A stretch of DNA of 64,000 bases from NCBI GenBank assembly GCA_965215515.1, contig OZ244057.1, forward strand, positions 864,001 through 928,000. The letters are read 5' to 3'. The translations under genes and the position numbers were made by a program. Of the stretch, positions 58,113-64,000 are shown one piece after another. Under the pieces are notes generated by a model, which saw only the letters and a program-made list of their open reading frames with translations, did not search any database and had not been told where the DNA came from. The DNA is from Oligoflexales bacterium (GTDB taxonomy: Bacteria; Bdellovibrionota_B; Oligoflexia; Oligoflexales; JAPPIL01). Numbering within the stretch: the first letter of the stretch is position 1; each line of letters begins with the position of its first letter.

Positions 58113-59177
58113 TTAGTTCAAACAGACAGTTTCCACAAGCCGCGCGGCCACCCGATACGGATCGGCGTTAGCACCAGGACGACGATCTTCAAAGTATCCA
58201 TACCCCTGCTGCGAAGTGGCAAGAGGAATGCGAATCGATGCCCCGCGATCCAACACCCCTGACTTAAACTGATCGATGTGGCAGGTTTCGTGTAAGCCTG
58301 TCAAGCGCTCTTCGAGACGATCGCCGTAATCACGAATGTGCTTGGCGTGGTTGTCCTTCAAATTTTCCACCGCAGCCTTGATGGCTACCAGACCGTTTTC
58401 ACGGTCGCGTGTCGCGGCAGTGGAGAAGTTGGTGTGCATCCCAGCACCGTTCCAGTCACCAGGCATAGGCTTGTTGCTGAAAGAAACAATGGCATCGTGT
58501 CGCTCGGCGACGCGCTCCAACAGATAACGTGCGATCCACAACTGATCGGAGATGGTCAGAGGATCAACCGCTTCGCCTTCGATCCCACGATAGCCGATCT
58601 GAAACTCCCACTGCGCAGGCATTACCTCGGCATTGATACCGTAAAAGGCGAGATCAGCTTGCCGACAGACCTGGAGATGATGCTCGACGATCTGTCGTCC
58701 GAAAACACGGTTCGTGCCCAGACCGCAGTAAAACGGCCCCTGCGGTTCAGGAAAACCGCCCTTACTTGGCCAACCCCACGGACGACTGTACTCAAAGAAA
58801 GTATACTCTTGCTCGAAGCCGATCCATGGCTCAGCCGCCTCAGCACTGTTCAGCACCTTAGCCAACTCGTGGCGGGTGTTCGTGATGTGCGGTGTGTCGT
58901 CGGAGTTGTAAACCTCCGCGACCACCAGATAGTGATTGCCCTCCATCTCCCGCAGGGGGTTAGGGCAGAAAAAAACAGGTTTTAAGACACAGTCAGAATG
59001 TGAGCCGTGCGACTGCCAAGTCGAAGAACCGTCGAATGCCCACTCAGGTAAGTCACTTAAACTTTCTACTTTCTCGGTAGGCAGAATCTTGCTCTTGGAG
59101 CGCAGTCCCTGCGTCGGTCGCCCTCCATCGAGCCACATATACTCTGCCGTCGCCAGCAGCCTACCACTCTTCGCCAT
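58113..59177 (-). CDS. glnII: Glutamine synthetase type II
   Basis: AEYMWLDG, FDGSST, GFEQEY, NAEVMPAQWEFQIG, DWNGAGMH, RLTGLHET, EDRRP; 354 aa. Confidence 0.9.
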   Translation of the reverse strand: MAKSGRLLATAEYMWLDGGRPTQGLRSKSKILPTEKVESLSDLPEWAFDGSSTWQSHGSHSDCVLKPVFFCPNPLREMEGNHYLVVAEVYNSDDTPHITNTRHELAKVLNSAEAAEPWIGFEQEYTFFEYSRPWGWPSKGGFPEPQGPFYCGLGTNRVFGRQIVEHHLQVCRQADLAFYGINAEVMPAQWEFQIGYRGIEGEAVDPLTISDQLWIARYLLERVAERHDAIVSFSNKPMPGDWNGAGMHTNFSTAATRDRENGLVAIKAAVENLKDNHAKHIRDYGDRLEERLTGLHETCHIDQFKSGVLDRGASIRIPLATSQQGYGYFEDRRPGANADPYRVAARLVETVCLN

Positions 59178-59353
59178 AACTGAACCCTCCCTTAACTCAC
59201 TACACAGCAGACTAACCTAAGACGTAACGGTACACGCTAAAATGCCACGGGTCAACAGAGTTTTTTTTCGTCTTCTCGTCGGGAAATGGCAAAGGAAGTT
59301 GCCCTCAGATACGTGATGCAGTAGAACATCATGATGTGCTAACGGGGAGTAGC

Positions 59354-60637
59354 ATGCCCTCTGCAATCGAACTGGTCGCGCCCGCGGGCAGCATGGACAA
59401 ACTCAAGGTTGCCCTGCGCTATGGTGCAGATGCCGTCTATCTCGGCGGACGCAGTTTCAACTTGCGTGCCCGCTCCAGCAATTTTTCGCTCGCCCAGTTG
59501 GAGGAGGCGGCCGCTTATGTGCACGCGCACGGCAAACGTATCTTCGTCGCCCTGAACATCATCGCGCACCAACGGGAACTGCGAGCACTGCCTGCCTTCA
59601 TTCAGCACCTCGACCGTCTCGCGGTGGACGGAGTGATCGTCTCCGATCTCGGCGTGTTGGAGCTGGTGCGAGAGAACTCCTCCCTCGCAGTGCACGTGAG
59701 TACACAGGCAAGCGTTACCAACTGGCGCAGTGCCCGTATGTGGCAGCGTCTCGGCGCAAAACGCTGCGTATTGGCACGGGAGCTGAGCCTGAAGGAAATC
59801 CGCACCATCAAAGACAAGTTACCTGAAATGGAGTTGGAAGTGTTCGTGCACGGGGCGATGTGCATGACCTACTCGGGTCGCTGTAACCTCAGCAGCTACT
59901 TCGCCGATCGCGACGGTAACCGTGGTGCGTGCTCCAACACCTGCCGTTGGCAGTACCACCTCGTCGAAGAAAAACGCCCTGGCGAATACTTCCCCGTCTA
60001 CGAAGACGAGAGTGGTTCTTACCTCTACAACTCCAAAGACCTCTGCACGATCGAGTTTCTCGACAAGATTATCGCCGCGGGCGTGACCGCACTGAAAATC
60101 GAAGGACGCATGAAGAGCTTACTCTATTGCGGAATCACCACCCGCACCTACCGCGCCGCCCGCGACCGCTGCCTGCAAGCTGCACCCTACCAGGTCGATC
60201 CTACCTGGCTGACACAACTACGTTCGCTCAGCCATCGTGGCTACACGGGAGGGTTTTTCCACGGCAAACTCGACCGCGATTTCCAAAACCGTATGGGAGG
60301 CTACACCGCCACTCACAAATACGTCGGCCATGTCGAGACCTGCAGCGCCGACAACTGGCTACACCTCACCGTGCACGAAAAAATCGTGTGCGGCGATCAG
60401 CTGGAGATCATTCCGCCGCACGGGGACAGCACTACCTTCACCATCACCGCCATGCAGAACGCGGAGAACAACACCCCCCTCGCCGTCGCACAACCCAACA
60501 CGACCGTCAAGCTGTCCGCTCCCCGCGCCTATCAGCCCCTCGACCTAGTGCGGAAAAGCATCAACGCCCATCCTGCTGTATCAAACACGCCGCTACCTCA
60601 TCCAAGCAGTGTGCTAAAGCAAAATCTTTCTCCGTGA
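59354..60637 (+). CDS. U32 family peptidase-like protein (TrhP/YegQ-like tRNA hydroxylase)
   Basis: ELVAPAG, HVSTQ, EVFVHGAMCMTYSGRC, CSNTCR, LKIEGR. Confidence 0.9.
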   Translation: MPSAIELVAPAGSMDKLKVALRYGADAVYLGGRSFNLRARSSNFSLAQLEEAAAYVHAHGKRIFVALNIIAHQRELRALPAFIQHLDRLAVDGVIVSDLGVLELVRENSSLAVHVSTQASVTNWRSARMWQRLGAKRCVLARELSLKEIRTIKDKLPEMELEVFVHGAMCMTYSGRCNLSSYFADRDGNRGACSNTCRWQYHLVEEKRPGEYFPVYEDESGSYLYNSKDLCTIEFLDKIIAAGVTALKIEGRMKSLLYCGITTRTYRAARDRCLQAAPYQVDPTWLTQLRSLSHRGYTGGFFHGKLDRDFQNRMGGYTATHKYVGHVETCSADNWLHLTVHEKIVCGDQLEIIPPHGDSTTFTITAMQNAENNTPLAVAQPNTTVKLSAPRAYQPLDLVRKSINAHPAVSNTPLPHPSSVLKQNLSP

Positions 60638-60863
60638 TCCCCCCCGCCTCGTGCGTTGCCAGCGTCACCGCGACACGGTTGTAGCAATTGCTCCAGTCAG
60701 GGTGGTGATCATGCCGCTCGGCATGCAGCGCCGCAGCAGTCATGAACGCAAAAGCACGCTGAAAATCCCGAAACTCAAAAGCTTTCTTCAGACAATCACC
60801 CTCCTGCCGCCATCCTTCGAACTCCTCCAACCGCACCACAACATCGTCCTGGGATAACTTCAT
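60561..60863 (-). CDS. phhB: Pterin-4-alpha-carbinolamine dehydratase
   Basis: AERHDHHPDW, THEAGGITEKDF. Confidence 0.92.
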   Translation of the reverse strand: MKLSQDDVVVRLEEFEGWRQEGDCLKKAFEFRDFQRAFAFMTAAALHAERHDHHPDWSNCYNRVAVTLATHEAGGITEKDFALAHCLDEVAACLIQQDGR

Positions 60864-60942
60864 CGCTTTCTCCTAAAAAGCCTACCATAGCACGGCAGAT
60901 GGGCACAGGCTTGAGTTAATTAAAAAAATGTTTCTCGCACCG

Positions 60943-63669
60943 CTAAGGTAAGCTCTCCTCGATAGCTCGTTGGCCTCCGCCGCCGAAAAGCTTGTCCAGC
61001 TGTCCCGCAGAAAGCACCATAAACCACAATCCGTCCGCACCGAGTTTGATGTTTTCCGCTGGTACGATACCAGCATCCATGAACTTAATTGCACCATCAT
61101 CCAGTTTGGCCGCCACCTGGCCATCTTTCCTGAGCTTGTAATTAAATTTCATGCCCTTTTGTTTAAAGTTTTTAGAATATCCAGCAGCCGTATCAAGTAA
61201 CTCCGAATGTTTCCAAGCTTCAATATTTTTAATTTTTACTCTCTTTACGCTGTCTTTTAATCCATCGATATTCTTTCTGAAAGATTCTTCGATACCGCTT
61301 AGTTTACCCGTAAGCTGCCCCGCTTGAACATTGCGCAGTCCCTTGGCCCTTCCACTCGCTTCTTTCCATCCCCTAGCGATGACCTCCCTAGCCTTAGCCA
61401 CGATGCCTGGTTTTTTGCGCCGTATTGCGTTGTACAATCTGTCCGTATTATCCAATTTCGCCCGCGTTGCGGCCATCTCTTTTTCATTTCCACCCTTGAT
61501 GGCTTCTTTCCACTTTTCTTTGCGTTGTGCACGAATATCCTTAATTTTTGTCATCCTTTCCCTCCACGCTCCCATATTCTGCTTTCTCGCAGCTTGCCAA
61601 ATTCTGGCCTTTTCAGCGCTATTCTTGAGGCTAGCCTTGATATTCGATGCTGTGTAGGCAGAGCGTGCCACACGGGGAGAGGTGATGATGCTACGCGCGG
61701 GACCTACCCCTACCGTGGCGAAGATACCTTCCCAAATAGCACTGCGTTTTGCATCTTTCCACTCCTGCATCGTGTTGGCAAGCTCACCAACAGCCTCCCG
61801 TCCGCCGCTGTAGATCGATTTTTCCAGCATGGCATAGTCGCTCTTCTCATGCAAATAGTCGCTGACATAGCCTATCGCAGAAAAAGCACCTATGGCCAAT
61901 GAGGCAAGCATCAGTGCCGAAGCCAACACCGACGTTGCCGCCCCCGCGGGGGGAAATAACCACAACACCGCCGCGGCAACCCCCAACGCCCCACTAGCAC
62001 CGACAAGGATGCTAAGTGCTCCTTGCCAGAAGGCATCGGCTTTTTTCCTATCAAAAACGTCATCGTGTGCGGTGACAAGCGCAGCTGCCAGTTCATCTGC
62101 CTTGTCTGGATGTTCGGTAACAATCGGTGCCGCGGTATAAAAGTAGTTGCGCAGTAACTCAGCGCGAAAATTATCTGCTCGGTAATTTTTTTGAATATCC
62201 TCCATGCCCTTGATGACAGATTCCTTGAGATCCTTCACCCCCGCAGGGATAAGCTTGATGTAGTTTTCGTTAAATTTATCCAACTTGATCGCATAGCCAG
62301 GACAAACCTTATGGAGACCAGTCTCTTCCATAATTTTGCGTGTGGTCAGTAAAACAAAAATATCAGCATCCTTAAAAAGGTCAGCAGCACCCCCTAAAAG
62401 GTCAGCACCCTCTTCATCACCCTCTCCACAAGAGGTAGTTAGCCTGCGGTAAAATTCACTTAGACTATCTTCACAGGCAAACCCTTCTGCTTTCCGTTTA
62501 GATAGAAATGTATTCATGCAGGTAAGATGTGCACTAAGAGGACCGTGGACTGTGGAGATCCGGTGGTACACATTTATCGGAACATCTTGTTCTGCTAAGG
62601 CATTTTTCGCATCGTTAAACCTATCGGTAATTTCTCTAATGTGATCTTGCACCTCAGACGGAAGTTCACTCACCAGATTACTGTATCGTGTTTGCATGTC
62701 ATTACTGGCGAAATGTCCATCTGAAGCGAACGTATGCTGGTATTGTAGAAACTTAACCGCGGCGTTGCCCATCGCCTCTTTCAGCAACAGAAGATCGATG
62801 CCCGCCTCCCCAGTGCTCTCCTCAGGCGTGACGCGGTTGTTGACGCTAGGATCGAGGAAGACACCTAAAACGGCAGGAATAACGACGTGCTTGTCCCTGT
62901 CTGCATGGTCAGCATCCATGGTCTGCGCTTTCATCGTAGCCAAATCTTTATTTTTTTTCAGCCCCCCATACATCGCATCGTAGCCTTTGAGCATCTTAAG
63001 TCTGATGAGAAAATCATCGATGTAACTATTTATTTTTTCATCGTTTGTTTTATGCAGCACACCATTTTCGCCCTTTGCCATCTCCTCTTGATAAAATTCT
63101 TCTGCTTTTCCCAGTACTTCCCTATATTCCTGCTCATCAGGCCAGGAATGTTGGTTATCCTTGGACAGATTAGCGATGCTCTGTGCGATGGCACTCACCT
63201 TTACCCTCAGATTGTCCGCACAAGCCAAGTCGGTGGCGGAAAAGATAACCCCCTCCTCTGCATCATGGGTAAGCTCGTTGGTGACGATAGGCTTGGCAGG
63301 GTTAGGGCAGACAGGTTTGCCCTGGCTGTCGATGAGGTTTAATTTAATCATGTCGATCAAGATCCCATCATCGGCGAGCGTCGCACTATTGTTGGTATCT
63401 GGCGCGGTGAACTCAAGCGCCTCGCCATTGGCAAGAAATTGTAAGTCAACACCTGCTACTTGGCTATGCTGAGTGAGGTGTGACGAGAGCGCCAGCACAA
63501 TCTCGCCCTCATCCCCCGAGAAGGAAGAAGCATGTATCTCCAAATCAAGCAGCGCCCACGGGGTCTCGCTGAGTCCCCCTGCGCGCAACGCATCGTAATC
63601 GACATCCGTGTATCTACAGCTGCATACAAGCAAAAAAGCAAACGGTACTAGCCTTCCACAACTGGACAC
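60943..63669 (-). CDS. Large hypothetical lipoprotein with internal hydrophobic hairpin (start uncertain)
   Basis: Lipobox VCSC; ~50-aa Gly/Ala-rich hydrophobic stretch; basic C-terminal region. Confidence 0.75.
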   Translation of the reverse strand: MSSCGRLVPFAFLLVCSCRYTDVDYDALRAGGLSETPWALLDLEIHASSFSGDEGEIVLALSSHLTQHSQVAGVDLQFLANGEALEFTAPDTNNSATLADDGILIDMIKLNLIDSQGKPVCPNPAKPIVTNELTHDAEEGVIFSATDLACADNLRVKVSAIAQSIANLSKDNQHSWPDEQEYREVLGKAEEFYQEEMAKGENGVLHKTNDEKINSYIDDFLIRLKMLKGYDAMYGGLKKNKDLATMKAQTMDADHADRDKHVVIPAVLGVFLDPSVNNRVTPEESTGEAGIDLLLLKEAMGNAAVKFLQYQHTFASDGHFASNDMQTRYSNLVSELPSEVQDHIREITDRFNDAKNALAEQDVPINVYHRISTVHGPLSAHLTCMNTFLSKRKAEGFACEDSLSEFYRRLTTSCGEGDEEGADLLGGAADLFKDADIFVLLTTRKIMEETGLHKVCPGYAIKLDKFNENYIKLIPAGVKDLKESVIKGMEDIQKNYRADNFRAELLRNYFYTAAPIVTEHPDKADELAAALVTAHDDVFDRKKADAFWQGALSILVGASGALGVAAAVLWLFPPAGAATSVLASALMLASLAIGAFSAIGYVSDYLHEKSDYAMLEKSIYSGGREAVGELANTMQEWKDAKRSAIWEGIFATVGVGPARSIITSPRVARSAYTASNIKASLKNSAEKARIWQAARKQNMGAWRERMTKIKDIRAQRKEKWKEAIKGGNEKEMAATRAKLDNTDRLYNAIRRKKPGIVAKAREVIARGWKEASGRAKGLRNVQAGQLTGKLSGIEESFRKNIDGLKDSVKRVKIKNIEAWKHSELLDTAAGYSKNFKQKGMKFNYKLRKDGQVAAKLDDGAIKFMDAGIVPAENIKLGADGLWFMVLSAGQLDKLFGGGGQRAIEESLP

Positions 63670-63830
63670 CACTCCTCCCCTCTCAAAAAGAACGCAGCGA
63701 CGCGATCGGATAGCCAAAACTTTTTCTTTAGTCCTCGGTTAACAGCCGTTCACTTAAACTTGCCACCCAAGAGTTTGCTACGGAGGGGAGGCTTGACAAC
63801 GCCCCCGCAGAAAGGGTACTGGGGTTTGGC

Positions 63831-64000
63831 ATGTGGCGGTTATTGGTACTGGTACTGTACGGGCAGGCGTGGTCGGCAGGTGCGGAGCCGTGGCTGGCGA
63901 TCAGATTTGCCCAGAACTGCGCGGGCTGCCACGCCCCAGGGCGGATTAACTTGCCCCCTAAAGACCGTCGTTGCACTCTGTCGTGTCAAGGATGCCATAT
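63831..64000 (+). CDS. Exported c-type cytochrome-like protein with at least two CxxCH motifs (truncated by the window edge)
   Basis: MWRLLVLVLYGQAWSAGAEPWLAIRFAQNCAGCHAPG...LSCQGCH. Confidence 0.75.
   Translation, partial: MWRLLVLVLYGQAWSAGAEPWLAIRFAQNCAGCHAPGRINLPPKDRRCTLSCQGCH

Noticed and set aside
1..64000. tRNA, rRNA, CRISPR array, integrase or recombinase genes
   Set aside because: None recognised by eye; a covariance-model and HMM scan is needed to exclude them.

Overview
Bacterial chromosomal window, mostly housekeeping genes (atpF pair, fur, PBP1A, dut, dppBCDF, hldE, gmhA, map, ilvC, ribE/fabH/fabG, pckG, pntAB, GSII). The gene content suggests a Bdellovibrionota/Oligoflexia-like organism, which is inference only. 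Two loci stand out. (1) 9499-12629 is a shufflon-like inversion system. Three copies of a 20-bp site (AATGAYAGTGGGCCTAGCCT, read as NDSGPSL) join one constant lipoprotein N-terminus to at least three different C-terminal cassettes. The 1.43-kb segment between two of the sites reads as a mosaic of both orientations of a glpX-containing segment, which suggests the inversion was active in the sequenced population. No recombinase gene is present in the window. (2) 45733-52382 is a tight four-gene operon: a coiled-coil/double-OB-like protein, an orphan MotA/MotB stator pair and a 1389-aa UPF1-like SF1 helicase with a possible C-terminal nuclease domain. It is a Zorya-like candidate defence system with a non-canonical gene set. 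Also found: a MITE-like IS3 remnant, an unannotated 33-aa very basic protein with its own promoter, a Cys-rich EGF-like lipoprotein, a putative pore-former-like lipoprotein, and a truncated multi-CxxCH cytochrome gene at the right edge. No rRNA, tRNA or CRISPR array was recognised. All calls come from reading the sequence; no database searches were run.
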